Assembly: GCF_016433145.1 (NCBI RefSeq)
Contig: NC_058131.1
Location: forward strand, 265,966,662 to 266,030,661
Reading direction: 5' to 3'
DNA length: 64,000 nucleotides
Origin: Gracilinanus agilis
Lineage: Eukaryota
Shown: positions 37,031 through 49,409 of the stretch, piece after piece
How the letters are laid out: each line of letters starts with the position of its first letter
How positions within the stretch are numbered: position 1 is the stretch's first letter
The notes under the pieces: generated by a model
Seen by the model: the letters and a program-made list of their open reading frames with translations, nothing else
The model's database searches: none
Told to the model about the DNA's origin: nothing
Position numbers and translations under genes: made by a program

Positions 37031-40000
37031 GGTGCTTAATAAACACTAATTTTCTTCCATAGAGGAAATGAGTATACCTCCTTTTGTAACACTGCTAAAA
37101 GTACCAGATTTCTTTGATATGTTGATTACTTTTGCTAAACTACTTTTTCCTCTTGTGGAAATGATTCTGGGAGGGGAATGGAGGTTAAAATGGGATATAT
37201 AGGATATATAGGTGATGTAAAAATAAAATATGTCAATTAAAAAAATGTTTAAGCTAAAGGAAAGAAGTTTAGTGGATTTTGTAACTCATACATGTAGGTT
37301 ACCTAGTTAAGGTTTGCTGTTTTAAAACTAGTAAATTAATTGGGTGGGTCTTGGTCCTGGTGTAAACAGCAACATTAAAGAAGCAGTGGAAAAGTTATCT
37401 TATAGTATCTCACTGTAATAAAATCTCATTCCAAAATATCTTTTAAGTCTTGCCAATGTAGAGTGTAATATGATACTTTTCATTATAGCAGATGGCACAT
37501 ATTCTAGAGACTTGGTCTGGCTCATTCATATAAAGCCGTGTTAGTAGCCAAAATAACAACCTTCAAAGCAGGGAGAGCATGAAGTAAATGTTAACTATCA
37601 TAATATAAATGCCTTAGGAATTTGTAGGTTATAAGATAGGCAGTAGTTCTTAGTTCAGTATTTGGAGACATTTAATAGAAATTTCATGTTCAAGAGTGAT
37701 TAAGTACTTATACAATTCTTAGGGAAACCTGACATTTATTTTCAATCCAGTTTAGTGGTAAGATTGTCCTTGGTGTTCCACTTAATACATATTTCATAGA
37801 CACAAGAAGTTTTTTAAAAATAAAATAGAAGCACATAGTTTAATACCAACTTTATTCTTTTTTAATCATCACTTCTTTTGCACAACAACAACCTTAAGTT
37901 GACTATGAAATGCACTAAAGGAACTAGATGATGTCAGATTGGTAGGAAATCCATTCATAACCATCACAAGCTTCTATATATTTGAAAGCTGCACACAACG
38001 TTTTGTAAGGAATGGATCCTGTGGGCCAGTGACATTCAAACCCAAATGATTATTGAGGGCTGTGCAGAGTTCCTTTTTTGCTTTGACTTTCTTTGTCAGT
38101 GATCTGGCCTTTTTTTCTTTTTTTTTTTTAAAGAAATTGGATTAAATGGAGGATATGATCCACCAGCTTAATGATAAAAGAAGTCTAAATAGTGGCCAGC
38201 ACTCCCTCTTTGTTCCGTACAGGACATCTAACAGATGCATTTTTAGTCCTTATATATTACTTTATCCCCTAGCATGGTTAAGGAACTAAGTCACTATAGC
38301 ACCATAATCAGCCTTTCCCTGACCATGTGGGCATAAACGTATGTCAGTGTGTACATATTACGTGGATGTACAAGTCTGCACATCTGTACTTCATAGTGGA
38401 TAAATGTCTGAAATGATGAAGATTCAAGAAAATGCTAGAGTACAGCAGACAGGTGAATTATGCGATATAAGATTTAGGTTAGAAAACCACATTGACCCAG
38501 TGACCAAATGAAACTTTGAAATTTCAGTTTTAAATGGATACTTACAGTCTTTGTATGGAGTGTGTATTAATTTGTAAACAACTACTTACACTGACAGTCT
38601 TCAATCAGTATTTCTATCTTTATATTCTACCACAAAAAATTGTTTACAACAAAACCAAACTCCCTCCTACCCCATGACTACAACTTTTGTACGATATGAA
38701 TATTATACCAGGACTACCCTGATTTGACAGTTTGGGGGACATAACCAAAAATTTAAAGAGGAAATGAGCTGTAATTGCAAATGTCTTAAAACCACAGATG
38801 CCTATCATAGGCACACACTCCTCAGAATAATAGCTAATCTCATCTGACAACTCTGCACAAAGAAAATAGCATTGGACTGTTGTTTTTTTTCCCTTTTAAC
38901 CCCTTGTATAAAATCCCAAACTTTTCCTCCATTATTTTTACTTCTCCAGGGTTTCTAATCTCTTAACTTTCTTACTTTAAAGCCATGAAAAGCTATGATA
39001 GGTAGTCAGAAGAAAGCAGTTGTCTCCTCCCTACTCATAGAATTGCTGCTTATTTCATACAACATAAGACTTCCCTTCCATCCTTAAAAGATTGATAATG
39101 TCTAGTGAGCCTAGTAGCAAGAAGAGGGGATAATTGAGGGGGTTTTTTTCTCATATGTTGGGGTAGGCATTGTGCCTTTTCTAAGGATGGGATTTGAAGT
39201 CTGAAAAGCTCACAAATGACCTGCAAACATGACTGAAGGAAGGTATAACCCTCAGGCATTGTTGATCATTATTCAGGGAGCTGTAGCTCTGTTTTGTGCA
39301 TGAGGGGACAGCACTGTCAAGAAACAAGAATTTCCAGCACAAAAGATAGTCATCTTTAATTTCTAATTAATTATTCTCCACAACCAAGAGGTATACCAAC
39401 CTCTTACCTAACTAGGAATGTCAGAGGTTCAGCAGAATATTCATGAAGCACCCACAGTTATTTTTAAGACTTGCTGCTGTTTGATAAATGGAAATTGGGT
39501 GAGCTAGGGAAAGAATAAGATTAAAGGAATGAGGTGAAGAGATAGAGTCCTGACCCAAACTGCCCACCCCTGGCACAAGCTAAACAGATTACTAGCTTGG
39601 ACAATAATAATGTGTAGGAGATCAAAACAATAGGGTAAAAGCCACCAAGAAAAAGCCCTTGGAGGATTCCACCAGCCTTCCCTAATGTTGGATCATATCT
39701 TCTTTGCCAACTGGTTAAGGCCTTAGAATGCTCTGTCCTGTGAAATAGTTCAACTATATTTCCCAAAGAAAACTAGTATCATCCAAGGATTAAGATAAGG
39801 AACATGAAGTTTCCAATTCAAAGAAATATGAAGTCTTGGTCTTGATGCTTTTATCTTGACCATTTCATTTTCTTTTAAGCTACATGTACCTTAGACCTTA
39901 ACAGGACTCATGAGGAAAACTCATGAGATTACCATCAGTAGCTACTCACTTCAAGGAAATTAGTAGTTTAGGTTAAATCCCCTAAGAAGGAGGCATTGGC

Positions 40001-42810
40001 AAACATCCTTAGCCTTAAGTCCAAACCTACTAAGAAGGCCTCTTTCACCCCCAACCCATATCCTCCTTTTGAAATCGACTTATGTAACCCTAGGATGTCC
40101 TTCCTATTTCTCATCCAATACTCCTCCCCTCATCAAAAGGGAAAATGGTTTTGCTGTGTTGTATTCAAACTAATGAGTACAATATTTCATAGAATTATCA
40201 CTAATAAAAAGTATTTACAAGTTTCAGTTTGGAATTATTCCCCAAGCAAGCAATCACAGAGTAGGACAGAGTTAATAAATTGCAGACAGTTTTCCATATC
40301 CCACAGATGTAGGACACCAACATTTGGACCATTTCAACCATTACACTCTTGACTCCAGCACACAAGCACTCAGTTTTCATTATTACTATTAATTTAACTT
40401 AAATATTTCTTAACTTTTAAATTTTACCTTATATGAATAAGATGAATCTGAATTATAGTAAATTTCTGCTATGAGAATTACTACCTACTAAAAATCGGTG
40501 ACTATTAAGAAATTCAACCTTCAGTTCTCTTCTATTTTCCTGCCCCAAGCAACTTTTGCCTTTGGTCACTGCTGAATCCTAGTCATGGCCTCCAGCTCCC
40601 TCTGGAGGCAATCTTGGTGGTGAAGTTTCAGCAATTTAGGAGAAATACCTGTGCTAAATAAACTTTCAGCCATGGGGACTCCAATATCTGATGTTGAATG
40701 TCTAGGGATCCCCCACCAATAAATCTGTCATACCTAGGATTGGAACATGAATGAAACACAAAATAGCACTAACTTCACCACTTCCCCAAAACTGCTCACA
40801 ACATAAAGGAAATTAAAAGTAGCTCATCTTTATAGAGGGTGGGGAGTAAATTGGCACTTGTTACAGTTAACCTAAAGGACACCAGATACTTGCTAAATTT
40901 TTGTGTGAGTACTAAACAATTTTTTTGCGAAAGGAGTAGCTTAGCTAAGGTAAGATAACTGCATGTCTACCTGCCTTGGCTTTTACTCATAAAAGTGCTT
41001 TAGGAGGTAAAAGGAATTTTTTTTTTCTCCCTACTGCTTATATTATTACGCTCAGCAAGTCTGTGAAAAGGAAAATTTGTTGAGCTCCCAGATTAATTTA
41101 AACAAGGCTCTAAGGTGGGCCTTAAAGTTTGAGAAGGGAATTACAACATTAAAGATGGTCAGCATGGTAATTTGATATTGACTGTCTTCCATATACTGAA
41201 AAGATTAAGACCCTACTAAAACTGCCAGGGAGATGGGAAAGGAGTGATTCTTTATTTTTCCCATCAAGAAAATAGAAAATATGATAAGAATTGTTTGGGT
41301 GAGATCAGTTAAGAAAATATTTTTGTGAATTTCAACTCTTTTTATTCTTCCCCAGACATTTGAATCACCAGATAATTAAATCTATTAACTTTCCAGTACT
41401 GCCTATACGACCTTGAACAAGTTACTTATCTATGGGCCTTAGTTTCCTTATTTGTAAAATGGGGAAGTTGGATTACATGATCTCCAAGATCAACTCCAAC
41501 TCACATGGATAGATCATGATCCATCCATGTGCTACCTATATACCTATGAAAGACTCCTCAGCTGATGTTCCTAACTAGCCCAACCCTAGAGGGAGTTACA
41601 CTCCCAAAGAGTTGAGTGCCAGCGAGAGGTGAATGAAAATAAAACATTTAGTAAGGCTGCTAGAAATTAAAATAATTTATGTCCCCAAGCATAAAATAGT
41701 AGATAGTAGTGGACTGAGAGCCAGCCTTGGAGTCTGGAAATTCTGAGTTCAAATTCAAACCTGTAAGACAAGCTGTGTAACCCTCAGGGAAAGTAATTTT
41801 AACATCTCAGTGCTCATTCTCAAAAACAATAATTATAGATGTTGCTAAACTCAAAAGTCATAAATCTGGGCTAATGGTCATCAAAGAAACAATTTGGCTA
41901 CATTAAAAGATGAAAATTCTGGGTCATGCCTTTTGTCTTCTAGTATTCAATATGGATGGACTGATCCAAAATGCGTCCACACTAGCTGTTGCTTTCATAG
42001 ACCAAGTAGATGTGCCAAAAATATTCACTTAACAATATATTCTTATATTGGGGGATGTATCCACACTAGTGGCCTCCTATACAGTCAGCAGAAAACCTGG
42101 CTTTCTACCTATCACATAACAGAAGTAATCTGTCTACCCATTGTTCTTCCTCTTTCAATTTTTGAGTCCTTTTAAAAAAACACTATGGACTTCACATACT
42201 TCGATAGATACAGCAGAGCTTCTCATGTACTTTACCCAGGTGAGTAGTACTTGAGCAATTAAGCTTAGTATTAATTACTTCTTCATAGAAAGTCCAAAAA
42301 GTACCATATAGGTCAAGTTACTATCCCTTCTTGCAAAGTTTTGGATTTTTGATGCTTTAGATTGGTTAATAATGCCTAATCCTCCCTATCCTAATGTTTT
42401 TGTGAAAAGGATAACAGACTGTTCATGTTCCTGATTGGAACTACCATAGTTCCCAGACTTCCCAATACCAAACTTCATTTCTACTACAGACTACCTTCAG
42501 ACTCCCTATCCTCTGGGCACTGATATGACTAATAACAACAAAAAAAAAAAAAAATCAGCCATCAGTTACTATTTGGTGTTTATACATTCAGTCCCCCACA
42601 TCTGTCTCCTAGGAATAAAGCTAAGACAGACCATCAAAGCAAGTCCAATAACAGCTGTTCCCAGCCTATAGTTATCTTTTGTAACCTCAAGCCTCAGCAG
42701 GGATGGAACTAGTGACCCAAAGGGAAAACTCCTTAATTTGAACTCTCCCACCATTGTTCTTTCCCTGAGTCCCTGCCTCCTAGACACAGAGCTAGCTCAG
42801 AATAAATTCT

Positions 42811-42841
<31 letters not shown>

Positions 42842-42898
42842 GGATCATGAACAAACTTTGGATAAGAAATCCACATGTCCATGCCACTGTTGGTTGAA

Positions 42899-42904
42899 TT
42901 TATT
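42899..42904 (-). terminator. STMN3: Probable STMN3 polyadenylation signal
   Basis: First AATAAA (minus strand) I found downstream of the stop, about 360 nt away, followed by GU/U-rich sequence and a U24 run (42818-42841). Confidence 0.6.
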
Positions 42905-43264
42905 AATGTCTCCATTTTTTACATAAGTTTAAGAAAGATTCCAGGAAGGAACCAAGTGGATTGTTTTGTCAGTTGATTAATTTGATTGACTCTATATTCA
43001 TATGAACTAGTGGCTACTCTGTTTAGAGCTCGGCAAGGCCAGCGAGGCCCCCCACAAGGACTGGACAGATAAGGATCCTAAGAGAGAAGCATGTAGGGAC
43101 GACAGCACGGGAGTAGAAGGGGAAGGAAGGAAGGAAGGGGGGGGGGGGAAAGGGGGGTGGTGAAACAAAGTTGCAACTAGACAAACGTAAAATTAAAATG
43201 TGTTGGGGTTTTTTTTTGTTTGTTTTATATCGGGAACCAGGTGCTAAGCGTGTAGAAAAACCCA

Positions 43265-43324
43265 TTAACCAGAGATCTCCTCCCGCTGCTCCTTGTTCCT
43301 GCGGACTTCGGCAGCATGGAGCTC
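43265..43324 (-). CDS. STMN3: STMN3 exon 5, coding part with stop codon
   Basis: 60 nt reading ELHAAEVRRNKEQREEISG*; acceptor tctttgcag; TAA at 43267-43265. Confidence 0.97.
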   Translation of the reverse strand, partial: ELHAAEVRRNKEQREEISG

Positions 43325-43793
43325 CTGCAAAGACACAGAAAGGTTTTGCTGGGGACGGTCTAAGTAAGGGACTCGAGTCCAGGCTGAAGCCCTGGGTCCG
43401 CTTCTGGGGTGGGGTCCCACTGTAGAAAAGCCTGGTACCGGTACCTAAAAGAGTTTCTTACCCAGCTGTAGAAAGCAGAGTGGGGTTAAGAGTGGTTCCA
43501 GAATTGAGAGATAATTACTTCCGGGGATCGCCCTCAAGCCCTGCAGGTATTCTACACAAGTTTAATCTGGAGAAGGTCCTTAGAAGGGATGTTTAGCCCC
43601 AGGACTTGGGGTAATTCATGAATATGGAAATTGGGGAATTTGGAATTCCTTGTAAGGGGATTTCTTGGGCAAGGCAGGTAAAAATAGACTTTCCCCGCGA
43701 TCCAGAGAAGGATAAAATCCTTTCGGAAGAGTTCTTGGTGCCAAGGAAGGAGAAAGGGAATGGGATGAGAGGAAAGCGGGCTGCCCAACTCAC

Positions 43794-43985
43794 CTTCTCA
43801 CGCAGCCGCTCCCTCAAGGCAGCCAGATGAGCCTCGCGGATCTCCTTACTGAGTTCCATCTTGTAGTTGAGTTTCTCCTCTGCCAAGCGGCTGAAGTTGT
43901 TATTCTCCTCCAGGGCCTTGTGCAGAACCTCCCGCTCGTGCTCCCGCTTCTCAGCCAGCTGCTTTAGTACCTGCGCCTCCTGAGT
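43794..43985 (-). CDS. STMN3: STMN3 exon 4 (tubulin-binding helix)
   Basis: 192 nt reading [64 protein letters not shown]; acceptor tttgtcag, donor AAG|GTGAGT. Confidence 0.98.
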
Positions 43986-44624
43986 CTGACAAAGCAGAGG
44001 ACCCCCGGTGACAACCTGAATCCTCTTCCTTCCATCCCCAAACAGAAAAGGCTCTCCTAGCCTAACTGTAAACAGCCCTACGAGGGCTGTCCCCAGGCAG
44101 ATACCCAGCAGAAAGGATCGGAGATGGATCGTGCTCGGCCCAGAGCAACTTCCCTAGATGGGGGCCCATCATTTGCCCCAAAGTAAAACATCTCCCAACC
44201 ATAGGCCTCTGGGGCTGAAGCCCCTCCCATAAACCTCTTGCTCATCACTGTGGATCTTTTTTCACAAAAAGTAACCTTCCCCAAACTACTGTTTTCAGCT
44301 TGTCAGTCCGCTGCAGAGTAACTTTCAGGAGTTCTAAAACATCAAACGCTCTAGTCCAATCCCACTGACATTTATTACGCCTTTCCTCTTCATTGCAACC
44401 CTCCTCGCTGGCACTAGGGAGTGCAAGATGCAATTCAGGGCAGTTACCTCTGGTTTGGGCTAGTGCAGCAGCCTGGGGTCTGACCTCTGACTCATGGGAA
44501 AGATCCAACTTTATTTCCCTTTATAGTCCAAGCATCTATTCAGTCTGCCCATCCATTAGCAGTAATAACAGTTTACAACTAAAGTCCTTTACCAACATCC
44601 CTTCTTGCAAGGGGCTGATCGGAG

Positions 44625-44840
44625 GTGAAGTAGACAGAACACTGGGCCTAGAGGCAGAAACACCTGAGTTCAAATCCAGCCTCAGACACTTAGTAGCTAT
44701 GTGACCCTGATCAAGTCGCTTTACTCTTCATTTACCTGCTGGAAAAGGAAATGGCAAACCACTCCAGTATCTTTGCCAAGAAAACCCCAAAAGGGATCAA
44801 GAAGAGTGGGACATGACTGAAAAATGATTAAACAACAACT
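44625..44840 (+). mobile_element. Mar1-type CORE-SINE
   Basis: Same RTE-like tail as the copy at 18980. Confidence 0.85.
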
Positions 44841-45769
44841 TCCCTCCTAGGAATTTCTAAAGGGAAATGGGTGGGAAAGACATCTAAATATTTCAGGTCC
44901 CACCTTTCCCAAGAAGCTTTTCCCCAATTACACTAGCACATCCTTCTCTGAGCTCTATAAGCATTGTGTATACACCTGTCATTTGAGGAGTTAGTTGAAC
45001 TCCATATTGCTGTGGGGAAAAGCATTGTGGTAGTGGTAGTAGTAGCAGCAACAGCAACAGTATTTATATAACCTATGTGGATATAGAACATTATACTTGT
45101 GTATTTTGTAACATAATATCTAATGTATCTAAATGTTATATTCACATTTAGCCTTTCCTTCCCTAAGGAGATGGCCCAATATTCATTGGAAGAATATTAC
45201 AGGGGCTGGTTAGAGCTACTATATAGTTACATGACCAACTTTTGCAATCAGGGTAGGGCTTGGTTATAATGTATTCCTTGTGTTATTGCAAATCATTAGA
45301 GAGGCAAGGATGCCTATGACATTCTGAGTATGCTTCATACACCGTTTGGACTCTTCTTGGCACCCCTGTTTCATCCTGCTTTTTCCCACCTGGGCCTATG
45401 TATCTGCTGTTCTCCATGGCTGCCATGGCAGCTTTCCAAGCCTCCGAATGTCATAGCTCACATTTCTATAGCACTGGAAAGTCTATACATCACACTTCAA
45501 TCACAATAGCCTTGAGAGAGTAGGTAGTGCTAGTCTTATCTCGTTTTGCAGACAAGGGAATTGGAGACTTGCCCCTAGTTATACAGCTAGTAAGTTTTAC
45601 ACAACTAATCAGTGTCCAGAGAGGTCATCTTGGTTCCTAAGTCTATCCCTTGCCCAGATGACATGATCCCTCTCACTACTATATTAAGCCTGCTACAACA
45701 GTTCTCCTTTTAAGGTCAAAATTAAAGGTCATTCTTCCTTGAAACCTTCACCAATTTCCCTCATTAGAG

Positions 45770-46005
45770 AAGCTAGGTGATGCTTGACCTGGAGGCAGGA
45801 AGACTTGAGTTCAAGTTTGAACTCAGACATTTATTGGCTGTGTGACCCCTGGCAAGTCATTTAACCTCCAGCCACCTCAGTTTCCTCATCTGTAAAATGG
45901 AGATAATAATAGCACCTTCCTCCTCAACAAGGTAGTTGTGAGAATAAGATGAGAATAAAATAAGATGCTTAACATAGTGCCTGGCATGTGGTAAGCACCG
46001 TATAA
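45770..46005 (+). mobile_element. MIR
   Basis: CCTCAGTTTCCTCATCTGTAAAATGGAGATAATAATAGCACC core. Confidence 0.8.
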
Positions 46006-46042
46006 ATGCTTATTCTCTCCCTCTCTCCCAGTGATAAGTTCA

Positions 46043-46226
46043 GGGGGCAGCTGGGTGGCTCAGTGGATGGAGAGCCAGACCCAGAGTTGGGAGTTCCTGG
46101 GTTCAAATCTGGACTCACACTTCCTAGCTGTGTGACCCTAGGCAAGTCACTTAGCCCCCATTGCGTAGCCCTTACTGCTCTTCTAACTTGGAACCAATAG
46201 AGAGTACTAAAGAAAAAAACAAAACA
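46043..46226 (+). mobile_element. Opossum SINE1-type CORE-SINE in STMN3 intron 3
   Basis: TSD ATAAGTTCA at 46034-46042 / 46227-46235. Confidence 0.88.
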
Positions 46227-47240
46227 ATAAGTTCATTTTAATCTCACAGGCATTGGGTAGTGTCCACTATATGTAAGTCATTTCCCTAGGCACTGCACAT
46301 ATCCCATGACATTCTATTTAGACATCTTCTGTGTACTTATCCTGTAGGGCCATATCACATACTTTGTATATTTTCCTTATCCCCATCACCAGCACAAGTT
46401 TTTTTCAGAAGCAAGAACTGTCATTGTTGGATCCCCAGTACACAACCAGTACTTCTGCACCCAGTAGACACTTAACAAATGTATGTTGACTTAAATGAGT
46501 TTTTAATATTCCTAGCACCTAGAGCAGGCTAGTCACGACACAGCTACTTAATAGATACTGGTTAAATTAACTGAATGAAGTTCTGTTCCATTGTGTACCA
46601 GTCAGCCAGAGCAAAGAACAGATAAATGATCAAAGTTAAGTGACCCAACAGAAGTGAGCAAGTTTTGGAAAAATGACCACCTTCTACAAGACTAGATCCT
46701 GTTTGGGAAGCCAAAATAGCTGGGGGAGGCTTTGGCCACAGGAGCCAGAGTAAGGGAATAGGACTTAGCAATTTCAGGGGTCCAGGGAGCCAGTGAGGCA
46801 GGGAATTTGGCAACAGGATTTTCTGAATAATATTTCTTCCCCTGAGATCTATTCGGTCCTGAGCTGCCAATTAATTCTACAAAGATGCAGAAAAAGTCCC
46901 CAGGGGGAAGCTATAGAAGAGGGGAAAAAAAGCCCTAGCTGGGTTATCAGGCGCCTCGTTGTCCGTATCCTGAAACTAGGAAAGCCTTAAAGAAAACAAC
47001 TTTTTTAAAGTTATATTTTTTAAATGTTTTCCAAAGGACTCATTTGCAAAATAAATGTCTGTTTTGTCTACTAAATACTCCTGATTAGTACTCCCATTAG
47101 CCCAGTGCTGGAAAATGATGCTTTGGGAAACAGAAGAGACAACCTTCTGATAGGTAGATCTCTATTGGATGCAGTCAGTCATCAGACATTTGCTAAGTAC
47201 TTACTATGTTGCAGATCTGATGCCAAGCCAGCCCCCATAG

Positions 47241-47468
47241 CAGTAGTTCTTAAAACTTTTTTGTCATAAACCCTTTTGCAATCTGATAAAGCTTATGGGC
47301 TCCTACATATTGCCTACATTCATAATTAAAGGAAATGCTAAATTTCAGTTCAATATTAGTAAAAATAAGGTTAAAAAAAGTTTCTATCCAAGTTCACAGA
47401 CCTCCCCAAAATCTATTCACAGAAACTTTGTGGGGGGGTCAGTGAACCCCCTAGGTTAAGAACTCCTC
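47241..47468. mobile_element. hAT/Charlie-like (MER5/MER20-type) remnant
   Basis: Ends CAGTAGTTCTTAA ... GGTTAAGAACTCC resemble Charlie-group termini. Confidence 0.5.
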
Positions 47469-47513
47469 TAGCAACTGGCTTAATATCAATATTTTTAATA
47501 TTGTAAAAAAAAA

Positions 47514-47701
47514 TTAAACCCTTACCTTCTATCTTAGAATCAATACTGTGTAGAAGAGCAGTAAGGGCTAGGAAATGGGGGTTAAGTGACTTACCCAGGA
47601 TCACACAATCACACAGCTAGGAAATGTCTGAAGCTACATTTGAACCTAGACCTCTTATTTCTAGACCTGATCGTTAACCCACTGAGCCACCAAGCTGGCC
47701 C
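47514..47701 (-). mobile_element. Opossum SINE1-type CORE-SINE in STMN3 intron 3
   Basis: Reverse complement of the SINE1 consensus (AAACCCTTACCTTC ... CACTGAGCCACCAAGCTGGCCC). Confidence 0.85.
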
Positions 47702-47940
47702 TAATATTGGTAAATGTATAACAACCATCTTTCTCTCAAAAAATGTACACATGATGTACCTTTAAGTTTTATCTGCATTATTATCATGTTATTTATCATT
47801 TTCTTAAGTCTAGACAATCAATTAAAAAACAATAAATTAAGACCTTGTTTGTGTTTGCTGATTTTAGAGGTATAAATGTCCCACTGAAAACTTAACAATC
47901 AGCTTTTAAGAGCCTGTTTGAGCTCCAGTTCATTCCTGCC
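47702..47940 (-). mobile_element. MER63-like hAT-Blackjack remnant
   Basis: Reverse complement resembles the 58230-58462 copy and the MER63 end (GAGAG...GTTGTTAAACATTTACCAGCAC) as I recall it. Confidence 0.5.
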
Positions 47941-48398
47941 TAACAGTTCTGTAAGTCACTTGATAAATGTTCTATCACTTATTAAGGTTCCACATGCTGA
48001 GGTCTAATGAGGGTGATATATTTTGTGCAAACTCTCCAGAATAATGTGATCTCCATGCAGGGGATGGAGCTGCCTTTGATTCCCGCAGAGTGCTAAACTG
48101 CCAGTTTCAACAATTCAGGAAAATGGTCCAGACTGCTTACAACCCCAGCTCCCAATCTCTGTTCTAATAGTCTTGATAGAAAAAGGCAGAATAGAAAGAA
48201 CTAGAAAACCCTCTGTTTTTTATGAGAAGGAAAAGCTCCATATAACCAAAGCCACCAACCTTGCTGGTCAGCATTCTCACAAGCAAAACTAGAGAAAACA
48301 AGGTTGTCAAACTTATGCATATAGGGCCGGAGCAGGAAAAACCAGTGTTGGAGCCACTAGCATTATGGCTCATGAACAGGTAGGAGAAAATTCTTTAC

Positions 48399-48574
48399 CT
48401 TCCGTCTCTCCTCAGCAGCCTCCAGCCTCTTCTGCAGTTCCTCCAGAGAAATGTCCTTCTTCTTGGGTGGAGAAGAAAGTATAGGACTCTCTGGGGACAG
48501 ATCTGAAGGTGACTTCAAGATTACCTCAAAGCTCTGGCCAGATGCTCTTTTGTCCAGTTGCTTCACTTCCATAT
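48399..48574 (-). CDS. STMN3: STMN3 exon 3 (Ser-Pro regulatory region)
   Basis: 176 nt reading (D)[58 protein letters not shown]; acceptor ccatag, donor AAG|GTAAAG. Confidence 0.98.
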
Positions 48575-49216
48575 CTATGGGAAAAAGACAAGTTTGATGC
48601 TTTTATCATCCACACTCCCTAGGAAGAAGCTGGACTAGGATTAGGGTCTTAGAAGAATCCTTAAAAGTTCTTCCTTCAGGGTACATCTATGTTTAAGACA
48701 GATCTTTTGTTGGAAGAGAGGGTTTGTGGCATCAGCTACCGAGGCAAAGGATCAGAGGAAAAGGGCATTAACTTGTGGCTGGATTTTAAATTGGCATCTT
48801 CCCTGATATTTTACTCTGCTTTTTTTTTTATTAGTTTCCTTCACTTTCTGATTCATTCCCATTCTGATTCTCTCATTCACCCTCTGAGCCAAGCATTTTG
48901 GGCCAGAGTCAAATATAAAGGAAAAGGATGGGAGAATCAGATCTTCTGGGTTCTCTCTTCTGTTTAATCATATAGCAGATGCTGAAGTAGATGCCAGAAG
49001 TAGAGTTACCCACTTTGTTCCTGACCAAATAAAAGAGTGAAGGTCCCCATTTTATCTTTAAAAGTCAGGACAGAAAAAAAAATAAAATAAAAGTCAGGAC
49101 AGCCTTTGTGAGCTGGCAGTTAGTCTCCTAGTTTTGAGGTTCCCATAGCATGAACAGATACTTTTAGTAAAGCCAGAGAGTAAGGGATCTGAAATGGAGA
49201 CAGATTGAACACTCAC

Positions 49217-49312
49217 CTCCATATTGATAGATGGTGTTTGGATGTGGCTGGGTATAGAAGCAGGAACAGATCAGTGAAAGCACAGACAGCTCCTTCATTT
49301 TTTCCTTGTATG
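49217..49312 (-). CDS. STMN3: STMN3 exon 2 (membrane-targeting domain with CSC palmitoylation motif)
   Basis: 96 nt reading (A)YKEKMKELSVLSLICSCFYTQPHPNTIYQYG; acceptor ctttgcag, donor GAG|GTGAGT. Confidence 0.97.
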
Positions 49313-49409
49313 CTGCAAAGATAAAAATCCAAATGGAATGAGAAAGAAAATAGTGTTCTCTCTGGTCCTTCCATAAAAATCTCTTTCTCTCTCCCCCTCA
49401 CACAACAAG

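Noticed and set aside
45419-45432. Perfect 14-bp palindrome GCTGCCATGGCAGC (also GGTACCGGTACC at 43434-43445)
   Set aside because: A few palindromes of this length are expected by chance in 64 kb (64000/4^7 is about 4).
46951-46974. RE1/NRSE-like sequence (TGTCCGTATCCTGAA) with three CpGs in STMN3 intron 3
   Set aside because: The CAGCACC half-site is missing and the spacing is wrong. The TCAGCACC at 63831-63838 lies in a CR1 remnant and lacks the GGACAG half.
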